A stretch of DNA of 64,000 nucleotides from Bispira polyomma (GCA_965649765.1 OZ287755.1:49290001-49354000), one strand, 5' to 3'; shown: positions 13,091 to 25,872, counted from the first letter of the stretch. Numbers and translations are program-made. The notes: a model not told the origin generated them from the letters alone.

Positions 13091-13248
13091 TTGATCAAGG
13101 ATCTGCACTGAAACCAGCGGCCCACAGTAAGGAACTACCACCTTTTCCACATAGGCATCGACGGGATTTGAACTCACGCCGCCCAGAGGTGAGAGACCAG
13201 CATTGTGAAGCACAATGCTTGCTAACCACTAGGCCACCGCGGCCCCCC
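13091..13248 (-). mobile_element. Family-A SINE, 3'-truncated
   Basis: tRNA-like head and core near-identical to the other family-A copies. Confidence 0.85.
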
Positions 13249-15531
13249 TAGTATCAATGTACACATCCACATAATTTAGAACAAATAATTTCTATTAAAG
13301 TAACCATTTACCTTTTACTAACTTCTTGGGGTAACAGACTCTATTTTGAAAAGTACATGTCGGAACTACTTTATTTTTCAGAATTCCAAATGGTATCTGT
13401 GAGGGGTCACGTTTTGTTGTTGCAAAATTGGGTTCACCTTGGGATGGCTACAGAACTGATCTGTCATGGTTGTGACTTAGCAATGAGAGAACAATATTTT
13501 TGAGGGGTGACGATTATGCTATTATGATGAGTACAGCCTTATTATAGTGTTATAACTGATTAGTGTTCAAAGTTTATTTTATTACAGTAGTTCAAACTAT
13601 AACATGCTCAAAATGGGATTTTGATCAAAGTTGATCATGAGGTTTTTATAGCGTTTTTATTCGAAAAAGAAGGTTCTTCCTTTCTTTGATACACTCTAGT
13701 GATTGCTTTTTTAAAGTTATCTAAAAAAACAGAAGTAGATATGTTTTGAGTCTTAGTAAACTCCCACAACTTCATGAGAAGTTTGTTGTAAAGCACTTTT
13801 AGACACACATAATTGATGAATATGTAAACTGCTCAGTTGAGAATACAGTTGAATCCTGAAGGGAGAAACCATGTTTGTAATAATAACTTTAGAACTCATC
13901 AAGGCTACCTTCCCATAAATGTAAGATCCCTTGGACATATTACACATGAGCAATCCAGAATAGAATAATCCAACATGTATGGTATTTGTCTCTGAAACAT
14001 ATGTTATGAATGATTTATCATTGTGTTACATATATGATATGAGAGAACACTGAAGGTTGTGCCTTTATTCAAGTTCATTTGTAGATAATTTATCTGTAAC
14101 TCAAAAACATATGGCTACAATTAAAGTATTCTAAACTATATGTACGGCTAAAGTAAGACATCTTATGGGACCAAAAAAAAACTGTGATCAAGTATATATT
14201 ATGATATAGTCTGTAATATACAGTAATATACAAGCTATTGTCAACGGGAGATCAAAGGCATCTGAAAGTTGTGATTGAATTGATTTCCTTTCAAAATGAT
14301 GTGTTGGCAAACACTGAAGGTTTACATTTAAAATATACAAATCAACTTTGCTCAGATATACTATAAAAATAAGTCCATTGTTGTAAAAAAGCCAATAAAA
14401 CTTGCACATTGTCTGACCTAGATACTTAAATAACAGTATCACATTCCCTTAAGTATGTTTCAGTATATTGTCTGTATTAATATTCGGTTTACAACAAACA
14501 TGAGAAATTATAGGAATATGCTATCTGAGGTATATAGCATCATTCAGGAGGAATGATGTTTTAGTCTGAACTTGATTGGTAAATGTAATGTAATTCCAAA
14601 ATGGTGGCCACAGATACTGAAAAAACCCCATCATATGTCTTGTTATAGTTTTTTACTCGAGTATCGTTAATTAATAATATGAAACTGAAGTATAAGAATA
14701 AAGGTGAATACCTTTTACCAATTATGCACCACGGCCTCATGAATAATGGAGTGAGTTTGTAACACCATATTTCAGTAGTTAGAGTCAGTAGTATTGTAAT
14801 ATTGTGTTGGACTTACTCAATGCAACATTGTTTGTCAAGAGATTATTGTTGTTATAATAATCTCATAATATACTCTGTCTTCTGTATGACATAATGGTAA
14901 TCTGTAAATATGTATCATGTACAGCTTAAATAAATGACTTACTGCAAATAGTTTGTCCTAACGTAAGATAAATTTGCATCTTACATCTTGTACATAATTG
15001 AAGATAAAGATTATGCTAGGTAAACCCAACGGGGTTAGTAAGATCAGTGCTGACCCTAAATCCTTTTCATAAAGCTATTCTGGTTATGCTGATCTCTAAT
15101 AGTGATTGGCTGGCAGTTGGCCTTATTCCCCCTTCTTTCCCGCTTAAAACTACAAACCTCACTTCAAATTAAGAATTTGTGAAGGGCAGAACGCCATCTT
15201 AAAAAATTTAAGTTTATTTTTACCTTTGTTTTAATTTTTACATAACTCTTTTACTATGTGTTTTATCAAGGATTTCTCACTAACCGAGTCTGCATATATG
15301 TTGTAGTTAATGGATGGACACAAATTAGACTGGATGTAAACCTTGCTGGCATCAGACTGGAGTTATTTGTCAAATAGCTTTGACATATACGAATTTAGCT
15401 CTTCCTGGAGGGCAACTTTTGAGGGCTGTTATTTCTCTGATTTAAAAATTTAACCATATTTATTTCAATTCACAACACCTCAATCGGTAAATCTGCACAT
15501 ACCAAAGCATTTGTCTGTGTATTTTGTAGAG

Positions 15532-16645
15532 ATGGCTCCTAGAGCAAATTATGATTGTCGCGAATGTAAGACTAGCCATAAGAAGCCCATTGATGATAAA
15601 TGTCCGCATGCAAATTTAACTGACACTAATCAACAAACTAACACTTCTAGTGAGGCGCTAAGTTTGCGCATTTTAGAAGATATGAAAGGCTTGAGTGGCC
15701 GAATGTTGGCAACGGAAAAGCATGTAGATCAAACTGAACTTAGAAATAATGTTGCTGGCAATGCTAGTACAAGCGCCGTGGCTGCCGTGCCCACCATGGT
15801 TCCTGCTACACCCACGTTTGTTATGCCTTCAGTAGCTGGTACTTCCAGCGCGACCCCTGCACCAATGAGGTTCTCTGCGACAGCATCAGCCCCAGTGACG
15901 ATTCCAACAGTGACTGGTCAGGCAGTTCCAGCTTCAGCGATAGAAGACACACTGGTTCTTTCGCTGACTACCCTGAAAAAGTCTGACTACCTACAACATG
16001 CAGTAGATGCCAGACTACGAGACCTCGCTGGGATCAGTGATAAATGTAACTACAAGTCACAAAGAGGCGGAGCGGAAATGGTCTGGGTAAAACGTCAAGT
16101 GGCTTGGCCACAAAATCATATACTTGGGGGTACCACAAAAGCGCGTACAACCTATGACAGCCTTTTAATGGCTCAGTGGGTATCCGGTTTCTGTGCCATA
16201 GTTCGAGACGAAAGTAATGTTGAAACCAAAAATGCTCGATTATGCCTAAAACTTAATGGAGGATTGTAATGATTTTTTGTGGCCAGCTGCAAAAGGCAGC
16301 CTCGCAGTCTTGCTCTGTCGAATGGAAGAGGGTAAAGTTTCATGGGAAGAAACAACAAAAATCTACAGAATTTGAAGGGCTCATGCCCAAAAAGTCGTCA
16401 ATGCCTCAAGTTATTTTAATTAGCATGGTTCCAGTAGGCCAAAAAGTAATGAAAATGGATTTCCATGCAGATTTTTTCAAAAAGGTTTGTGTCCCCATAA
16501 GATAGATCACGAAACAAAAGGCCAAATGTACTTGCACATCTGTGCCACATGTTTCTCCTAGGGCAAAAATTTCCCCCATGCCTCCAAAGACTGTCATAGG
16601 AACAAGGCTACAAAGCTTAATGAAAATAGTACAAAAAATGATTAG
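15532..16645 (+). pseudogene. gag-like ORF of YR element 1
   Basis: N-terminal CRECKTSH...C knuckle, KSQRGG..WPQ..YDSL..QWVSGF core, C-terminal CRFFQKGLCPH..HICATC..H..C cluster; frameshift near 16250 and stops. Confidence 0.8.
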
Positions 16646-19259
16646 GACACTGCAGTACAGCAGTGCCCGAAAGTTATAGACAAAATTCTAGTCATGTTAA
16701 CAAGGTACCTGTAAAGAACTATAACATACATTGTGCTGATAGAATTGTGTATAATATTGATGTCAAATACTTGTGTAGCGACAACTGGAGGGCTGACTGG
16801 GCCAGATTTGAAAATAAGTCTTATGCTCAGGTTGTAAAGCAAAATAGTGGTAGTTTGAACAAAAACAAATGTTGGGAAAACAATTCAAAGTCAGGTCTAC
16901 AAAATCCCCCTAATTGTCGCTCAAATGTAAATAAAAATGTTTTGATAAATGTCCAAAGAAGTAATGTAAACAGTTGCAGAAATTCAAAGGTTATAGTGAA
17001 ACCTACAGAGCTGCACAGACTCAAGCCTTGGGTCAAACGCCCCACAGTCCCTATTGTATACAACAAGGTAACAAGGTGTTGACAAGGTAATCTCATGCCA
17101 GGGTAGGGCTGATGTAGCCTCTAACACTGTTGGCATAACATGCCACAATAGGTTCACACCTCTGCAAACAAGTATTGACAGTGACACAAAGTTAATTGAC
17201 ACTCCCGGCGATAGTGCGGATAATGCTTCCAATATTCAGTTAGGAGACAAATACAACCTTCAGCTGCAAGTAAAAAGGAAACATAGAGAAGTGGTCGCTA
17301 AAGCAGAAGGTAATCCGGTGTTTAAAAAGTGGAACATTCAAAACAAAGAAAAATTTGGCTTCATTCCACCAGGCAATTTAAAATTACCTGTAGTAGTTAA
17401 GCCTCAGCCACACTTGGGTGATTCTCTAGAAATACATAAAGTAGTCAAAAAAGGAAAAGGTCCTAATTTCTTGGACACTCGAATGCCAGTAAAATCTCAG
17501 CTTAATGTCGAAGAATGGCAAAAGCTATTACTTAACTATTGGGATACCCATTTGATTCACTTGATAAAATTCGGGTTTACGTTAGATTTCAACAGAACTT
17601 CACCCCTAGAAAATAAAGGGGAAAATCATAGCTCAGCTACCCAATTTACAGAAGATGTAAAAGTGTATCTCAATGAAGAGAAAGATTTTGGTGCAATCAT
17701 AGGCCCATTTAAATAACCCCCATTATCCGACTTGCATGTGTCATCGTTCATGACCTGCCCCAAACCTGGTGCTAAGCATAGGAGGGTTATTATCGACCTA
17801 AGTTGCCCACAAGGGTGTGCAGTTAACTTGGCCATAGAAAGAGACTAATATCTTGAAACACCATTTATATTAACGCTTCCCACTGTAGATGATATCACTC
17901 GAAATATAGTAAAGTTGGGTAAAGGGGCTTTACTATATAAGCTATACATTAGTCGTGCATTTAGACATGTGAAAATTGATCCTGCCGACTACGATCTCCT
18001 AGGACTGAAACTCAATGACTACTTTATTGACACATGTCTGCTGTTTGGCTATCGCCACGGCAGCGCTATTTTTTCAAAGATAAAGTGATGCAATTCGTTT
18101 TATCATGGCGACGCAAGGTCATGACATCATAAATTACATCGATGACATAATCGGGTATTGTCTTCCCTTAACAGTGTCAGACTCGTTTGAAAAATTAAAA
18201 GAAAGTTTTAATAAGTTAGGATTTGCAATCAGTGAGAAAAAACTAGTAGCTCCTAGTACCAAGGTAGTGTGTCTAGGCGTCTTAATTAACACTGAAAATT
18301 TTACTGTCTCTATTCCGGACAACAAATTGGAAGAAATAAAGCAAATTTGTCAGACTTGGGTTAACAAGCAAAACTGTACTAAAAGGCAGCTGCAGTCATT
18401 ACTCGGCTCACTTCTTTATATCTCTAAATATGTTAAAACTTCTAGAGCTTATTTAAACAGAATGTTAGACACCCTGAGAGGTGCTCAAAATGCTCAAGAA
18501 ATCAAATTAGGTACAGATTTTCAACAGGATCTGAATTGGTTTAATACCTTACTTACAATCTTTAATGCCATCGCCTTTTTTGACTACAGACCAGTTACAG
18601 ACCAAGTCCACTTGGATGCATGTTTGCAAGGGCTAGGAGCTTGTTGTAACAATCAAGTCTTAACTAAAGAAATCCCTCTTGGGTACAAAAATTTTACCAT
18701 TGTACATCTGGAAATGGTCAACATCCTGGTATCCATTAGGCTTTGGAAAACCAATGGACTGGAAAAAACCTACTAATACATTGTGACAATCAAGCTGTAG
18801 TTTCTATCATAAACTCAGGAAAAACATATGATGTAACCCTGATCCACTCTAGTACATTTTAGTAGGTTATATTGGGACGGGTAGTTGGAAACGCTGGAGG
18901 AAACACTGCATACAGTTGGTCAAGGTTCTGCACTGAAACCAGCGGCCCACAATAAGGAACTACTACCTTTCCCACATAGGCATCGACAGGATTCGAACTC
19001 ACGCCGCCCAGAGGTGAGAGACCAGTGATTGTGAAGCGCAATGCTTGCCAACCACTAGGCCACCGCGGCCCCGGAAGCTGCAAAAGCAGACATTGAGTTA
19101 AGAACAGTACACATTCTAGGTAAAAGAAACAATATAGCTGACTAACTCTCCAGGTGGGCCATCACCACAGACAGAGATAGAAAGTTAAATGAGTTAATAC
19201 AGGACCCCATTTGGCTACAAGTTTCAGACGATTTTTTAGAAGTAGATTGGTCTATATAA
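16633..19259 (+). pseudogene. pol (RT/RNase H) of YR element 1
   Basis: FGFTLDF, GAIIGPF, RRVIIDLS, SRAFRHVKIDP, NYIDD, HLDAC, HLEM, CDNQ, HILGKRNNIAD; several stops and frameshifts plus a SINE insertion. Confidence 0.9.
18843..19072 (-). mobile_element. Family-A SINE inserted in the RNase H of YR element 1
   Basis: Head and core match other copies; tail missing, no TSD seen. Confidence 0.9.
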
Positions 19260-19276
19260 TGTTCTCACCATTTCAG

Positions 19277-20253
19277 CTTCCCTGACCTGGGTCTGGAAAC
19301 TAGCAGACAGAGCAGTCACTCGGGCAAACCAGGCCTTTAGGCCCTCTACACAAAAGGCCTATACATCCATGTTTAAAGTTTTTTGGGCTTACTGCTGTTT
19401 TGCCAATATTTTAGTATCTAATATTACACCTAAAGTAATTCTGTCCTTCTTTGAAGTCCTAGTAGTTAATAACACATCACATACCTCAGTGGCTAATTAT
19501 CTCTCAGCAATAAAAGCTAACATGTCACTGTATGGCCTGCAAGTAACTGCTTTCTCAGATCAAAGAATAAGATACTTTCAGAAAGCCCTCATTCTACACA
19601 AGCCCTTCAGAGCGAAACTGAAGGGCATCATTGACATAGATTTATTAAATAACATAGCCCTGATCTGTGACTCTATGTATATGGGACAAATTTATAAAGC
19701 TGCCTACCTCCTAGCTTTCTTTTCCTTTTTAAGAATTTCTAATTTAGTCCCTCACTCTCAAAGTTCCTACTCACCATTGCAGCAACTTGCCAGGGCTGAC
19801 ATCATTTTTGCCCTGCCTGGTGCCCATATAATTATAAAATGAACGAAATCTCTCCAAGCTTGGAATGCTATCAAGGTTATTAAAATACCTGCTTTACAAA
19901 GCAAAATTATCTGCCCGGTAACAGCCCTGAAAGTGCTTTTAGCTATCACTCCTGATACCAAAAATTCTCCACTTTTGCAGGTAAAAACCAACACTCAAGG
20001 GCTCACTTTAAAAGACAGCAAACTGAGGAAAAATCTTAAATATGTCTTAACTAGATTAAATAAAGAAAATTCCAATATCACTTTTCGTCGGTCTGGAGCG
20101 ACCTTAGCTTTCAATGCACATGTCCCTCTCCATAATATTCAAAGTCAAGGCATCTGGTCCTCTGAATGTGTTTGGAGGTATATTACACAGAACCATTCAG
20201 CCTCTGACCAGGTTGCTTTGTCCCTCCAAACTCTACTCAAACCTACCTCCTAG
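19277..20253 (+). pseudogene. Tyrosine recombinase of YR element 1
   Basis: One frame with a single TGA (19840, likely TGG); FSFLRISN, CPV, FRRSGA, GIWSS..VWRY; the catalytic His of HxxR is missing, apparently by a short deletion. Confidence 0.9.
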
Positions 20254-21159
20254 TTGGGCCTTGGTGGTTATTGTATCTATTTCTATCTTTCATATCGTAT
20301 AAAATTTACACTTTTTATCTAGTAAGGCCACCTTATAGTCAAATCTTTATGTAACCTTAACTAGACACATATAAGGCTTAGGCCATTTGAAATCTTGTAC
20401 TTTTGTTAAGGTTATCTTTAATTCTTGTAAACTTAAAGTCTAATTAAACTTAAGTAGTAACCTTAACTAGACACATGTAAGGCTTAGGCCAAGTTAAAGA
20501 TGGTAAACTTTGTTAAGGTTACCTTAAATTTTGGTAAAATCTATTTCTTGACCTAAAGTCACTACTAAGGTGATCTTAGACTAAACTTGAAAATTTTTAA
20601 CTAAGGTGGCCTCATTGTTAGATCTTAATATTTTAACCAGTTAACTATATGTGTAGTAGTAGATTAAAATAACATTAATCCCAACTGCTAGTTTTAAGAG
20701 CACTGAACTATGACTTATGCAATTATAATCATTGGTTTGTAAATATTTCAATCATAACAGCAAATGTTGTCCTTGCAATAAAAATTATTGGATTCCAAAT
20801 ACCATAATAATAAAACCATATGCAAGTATGCTTTAAAATGTTTTCATAAAGAGATTGATGAGTATCTGTTGGTGACCTTGCATGTATAATTATTTTGTGG
20901 CAGTTTCGTGAGTTATAGATATATTCCATTGTCTGTAATATCCATTATGTATGCATCCTGGAACAAAAATCCTAACAAAATATTTACCCTACAAGTGAAT
21001 AATCTCTCATTTATTTCGTAATATATTGTTTGATAGAATTTATTAAAACATATACTCAAAATATGTGCACTATAATTCCAAAATTGGGGAAACACTTTAT
21101 GAGGATTTAATTACCAAAGATAACATGTCCTATTTTTAAGGTGTGATGTTTAGTGATTT

Positions 21160-21760
21160 TGTTAAAATATAACATAAACCAGACAGTTAGTAAAAATGAA
21201 AAAAGATGATTTACTTGGTATTTTATTGTTTATTCTGATTATGGTTGCCTTGCAGTTAGAAATATTTACATCAGAGAAGATGGCAAACAATCCAAGACTT
21301 TGAAACACCAGAACATTTTTTGATGAAAAGCCATTATTTATAACCCTCCAAACAATTGCAGTGTCACTCAGCGTTGTCACAGGTATAATGAAAGCCGGGA
21401 TAAGACCAAATAAAATAACAACCAGAAGTTTTCCCTGAAACTAACTTGGGCTCTTTAGCCTTGGAACGGAAGCTGCATTTGAACAGGCTTGCAGACATCA
21501 CTTTAGCACCCCAACGCCATGCTAGATCACTGACACACAGGAGGCCAATATCATGGACAACCTAATGAAGTATATCAAATCTAATAGGATCCAAACTTAA
21601 GCATGGCATTCCCTTGCAGAGATCAATACATAAACCCAGTACAGCTTCAGTAATATCGGAATCTCTCTGACTGCAGTTAGATAGCACTGGAGCCAGATGC
21701 AATTCTACAGGGGAACCTTTTTTCTTGACTCTTTAATAATTACATGTGCAGAAATTGGTG
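21160..21760 (-). mobile_element. Very decayed YR-retrotransposon-like relic
   Basis: VFQSLGLFAIFSDVNISN resembles the YR motif xxxALFLxAFFxFLRxSN; faint RT-like motifs lie upstream on the same strand. Confidence 0.3.
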
Positions 21761-22329
21761 AATACATGAACAGCATTAATGATTGTCAGAATAAAGCAGG
21801 GAATAAGGCAAGGTAACAGGAGGTGTAAAGGTGGCAGGTACAATATTTGTGAGACCTCTAACTGAGATGGCCAAACAAGGCTTGTCTGGGGCTCCTTACT
21901 CGGATATGTGACACTTTCAATGAAGTCTCGCTAGGAAGTTTTGTTTGTGGTTGGTAACATTGTCTTTGCTCAATACTCAAGGGTGGGTGTCTTGTTGTTT
22001 TTCTTGGTTCTCAAACTATGGTCTGTTCTTATGCCAGAAGGAACCAGCTGAAGTCTCACACAAATTGTTATATGCTATAGACTTTAGTGAAGTGTATTCA
22101 TGGCCATTGGACTTGAAGGCACATATTTTTATAGGTGATTAGATTTGATAGTGAGTGTGGCTTTAATTTTTCACAATGAAAAGGTGTCTCATCATTATGG
22201 CTCAGTAATTGTAAATCTACTAACTAAGCTAATTTTGTTACCACCAGTACTAGTTCTTGGTTTGTGTAATTCAGTATGTAAGAATAAAACAGTTTTCAAG
22301 AGAAATTTAAGTTTTGTGACTGCCAACTG

Positions 22330-23330
22330 CCCCTATTATGGATTGCCTGATATTAACTATATAAGTTATATAACTTTTGGGATATACCCTATTGACCCGT
22401 ACCTTTGGGCCTTTGCTGGGAGAACTCATACTATTTGTAATTTTGGGCCATCTTTTATAGGGTTTCATATTTTATGACATTTATTAGGAGTTAACACAAT
22501 TTCAACATGTCTGTTGCACGGTGTTCATCATAAGGATCAAGACATTTAATGAAGTCCACCGGCTAAGCACTTTACTATTGAGTATTTTGTAGTAGACATA
22601 ACAAGAATTATGTTCTGTCGAGACAGTCAGAGTCCCTTTTGGGCAAATGTAATGAGAGCATCTTACATGTCTTTATTACCACTGATCAATGACAGTCCTC
22701 ACTTTGGCAAGTTGTGTATATGCATTAGAATTTCCAATGACATGAATTTAGAAGCTCAAACTTTTGCTGTATGAACATTATGAGTGGCAATAGACTGTTG
22801 AATAGTTCTGTTGATAAATTATTGACTTTTGCTGGTCAATATCCAAATAAAAGCTTTGACCTGCAGATAGTGTATAAAATAAAAAGTATCTAGTACTCAA
22901 CATTTAACTTGTGATTTATGTTTATGCGATATCAATGCTTATGAAGACTTTATTGTTGTAAGTGTTTTCCTGTCCTTGAGTCTTTCCAAAAGTGAATATA
23001 CCCATGGTACAAGTGACACAAAGCACTTCAATGTGGTTTTATCTTGTGAGAAGTTTTTGGGTAAAGTGTGATAAGTATATATACAACACTAACTTGCAGA
23101 GTCCTTATTTTAACTGTAAGAGAACAAGCTTTATAAGAACAAATACAGTACAATTTTAACCTTCTTTTTCACAAATATTGACTTTTTAAAAATATATTGG
23201 TTGAAAGTAGTAAATACATTTACTGTTTAAATGAGACTATCCTGGACCTTTGACAAAGGCTTAGGTCAATTTTGGTCTCATCACATGAGGCAATAATAAA
23301 TTGTAACCTTAGTCACTGACATTGTTATCA
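22330..23330 (+). mobile_element. Very decayed YR-retrotransposon-like relic
   Basis: YISYITFG.YP resembles LQYITFGFP of element 2; AAGGCTTAGGTC and GTAACCTTA near 23257-23311 match the 3' motifs of element 1. Confidence 0.25.
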
Positions 23331-23899
23331 AAAACAGATAATAATTATAAGTGGCTGATTACTGGCTCACTATCAATGACAGTACGAAAACCATATATAA
23401 AAGCTCATTTATAACATGAGACTAAAAATGTCACTGGTTTTATAATCTCAAATATAAAAGGTCACTTTCTGTAACTGAATGTACTAACGTAATATAAAAA
23501 GAAGCTAACTATTTCATACAAAAGCTACAATAGAGTGAACCATGAATGAGTTTAAATTAATTTTTAATAGAATATCGTTTTCTTTTTTTACATCGTTTAC
23601 AAATGATTCGTGCGATAATTTGGAGAATAATTTTAAGATTAATATAGTAACATAAAAATCTGATGTTAATCCTTAATACCAAATAACAGAATGTGATGTC
23701 TTGGGTAAATCAAACAATGGATCTGTTGTTCAAACTTGTTTTTAGTAAAATAAAAATACATTTTGTCTTGTAACCCAGACATTGTTATATTAACCCACAT
23801 AGAGTGTTAAAACTCAAGATTTCAGGACAAAAACATAAGTACTTAATAAAGCAAGTGTAGCCATTATGTTTTCATTCCTGATAATTGAGTTTACGATAG

Positions 23900-24070
23900 A
23901 ATCATTTGATAAGAGCCAAAAACCCCAGGCAGAGGCGACCAGGTACAGATATACTAAGTAACCCAGATGACCAAATAAAATGGTGTTTCTCTGTCATTTG
24001 ATCCTATCCCCAGTAGCAAGCTAAAGAACCTTGGTCATTATCAACTGTCTTCAGCAATCTGATAGGTTAA
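23900..24070 (+). mobile_element. Decayed SINE-like repeat (family B)
   Basis: GATGAC...AAAATGG...TGTCA...GCTAAAGA is the reverse complement of family-B blocks. Confidence 0.4.
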
Positions 24071-25702
24071 AAACAAGAAAGTTCTAGGAACGGCAACTGA
24101 AAATATGGGACTTGTCATCATCACTGAAGCACATAAATTGATGCCCAAAAGGTAATCTGATCCTTATGTGTACAAATATACCGGATTTCCGGTTGCTCTA
24201 TACAGGTGGTTGCTCTTTGACGCGTATCTGGTTGCGCTGATTAGACTGTAAGTTACAAAACTATACAATATGACACTCCTGTTGTGTTATACTGTGTGTC
24301 TATCCTACATACCCACTAGCTTTTAAGATACTTAGGGAATCTCAGGGTTATAGATGTAGAACAAAGTTACCAACAAATTTTCAAATAGTGACCACTTTTT
24401 GTAGATGAACTCAAAACGTTTAGAAAACTGGATACATTTTAAGACAGGTGATATGTGGGGCTTTGTGAGAACATTAGTGCCACTATGGCCTAGGGAGATA
24501 ACCAACTGGTTTATCTTATGAGAATGGTAATTACTTGCGCTGGTTAGCTGTACTTGAGCAGTCAAGAAAAAAGCTTGGAAACCAGATACAGGTAGATGAA
24601 TCTGTTGAATATAAATCTAAATGTAATAGAATTAGTAAAAGTTGGGATTTTCTAAGAGAGGTCTTGTACCATTAGTATTGCCAAGCCAAATTTGAAATCA
24701 TATCGACACTGTCAAATGTTCTGATTACTCCGATATGTAACTTTATACAAAAAGCAATAAAAAAGGAATTGGCATGTACTGTATTAGTTTTTTGTATATT
24801 AAAAGGTATTCACTCGCTTTAAGATTTCCCTTAAAGACACACACATACGCACATGGAGAGAAGACATAGTGGGTGAATCGTGTGAGCCTTCCACTGCATT
24901 GGGTTTGGTAAATATTATAGTATCTTTGTTATGGTCTCAATTGAAATCCAAACAAAAAAGCAAGCATTTACATACTGTGGTAGTTTTAGCCAGAATAAAA
25001 TTTCACCAATTCTAATATTTTACGGCAGTTGTACTGGAGTTCATTTTCACTTCATGTACTTCAGGCTGAAAAAAAGTGATCCATGTTTTTTTTAATAGAG
25101 TTCCTGATTTTATTGTTTCAAGCTCATGATATAGTACTAAAAAATAGGTAAAATGAATTATTTCTGAGAATTTTTACTTCTGCAGTGTTACTGTAAACTT
25201 TGTGACTTGTGTGAACATGTATTTGATATTATAATCAAACCCATTTGTTTTTTTTAGGAAGGAGGCTGGTAGAGACATCTCTTTTGTCATCAATTTAATC
25301 TTGTAATTGTTGCTAGAAGTACTTTTGAAATGTACATTTGAGATTGTTTGTAGACAGATAGCTACAGCTGTTACTAGATTGTTCACAATAGACGGATGGT
25401 GTGCATATTAATCATCCTCTTTCCCACAGCATGTTTCAATTGTTTCTTTCCCAGTGTAGCGACTCTGTTGGGTCAAGTACTGCTGATAGCAATAGAGAAC
25501 TAACTTCTAGAACAAAGTATTAGCTGACTGAATTAAAGGTTTAATCTTAAAGTCAATAAAAGGTGTGAATTTTGATAGGGTATTGTTTTTATTTTATACA
25601 TACAATTCCTCACCAGTATACAAAGGAAAACCTACTGTATTGTTTTAAATATTGTGAATTTAGACTATGGAAAGAGATACCTGTCTACATAATAAAGTCC
25701 TA

Positions 25703-25872
25703 TCTGGAGGCTTTTAAGTTCAGGCTGAACACACGATATTTAATAAAGCCACATGCCTCTTGTTGTTAAATCATTATGCTTGCACATTCTAGAGGCTTTT
25801 AAGTTTAAGTTAGCCAAACACACAACATATTATGAAGTCACATGCCTCTTGTTATGAAAACATTAAGCTTGT
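25703..25872. repeat. Imperfect tandem duplication (about 85-bp unit x2)
   Basis: TCTRGAGGCTTTTAAGTT...CACATGCCTCTTGTT...CATTAWGCTTG occurs twice. Confidence 0.8.

Larger units (their letters stand above)
14960..20620 (+). mobile_element. Tyrosine-recombinase retrotransposon 1 (DIRS order, Ngaro-like), near full length, disrupted
   Basis: gag - RT/RNase H - YR order with diagnostic motifs (see sub-features); boundaries approximate. Confidence 0.9.

Noticed and set aside
13382-13475. IPNGICEGSRFVVAKLG resembles a Pif1/Helitron helicase motif
   Set aside because: About 30 codons then a stop, with no other helicase motifs nearby
20457-20522. Twister or hammerhead ribozyme in the 3' hairpins
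   Set aside because: GGCCTAAGCC on the minus strand loosely resembles the twister loop, but the other conserved strands and any CTGANGA/GAAA core are absent
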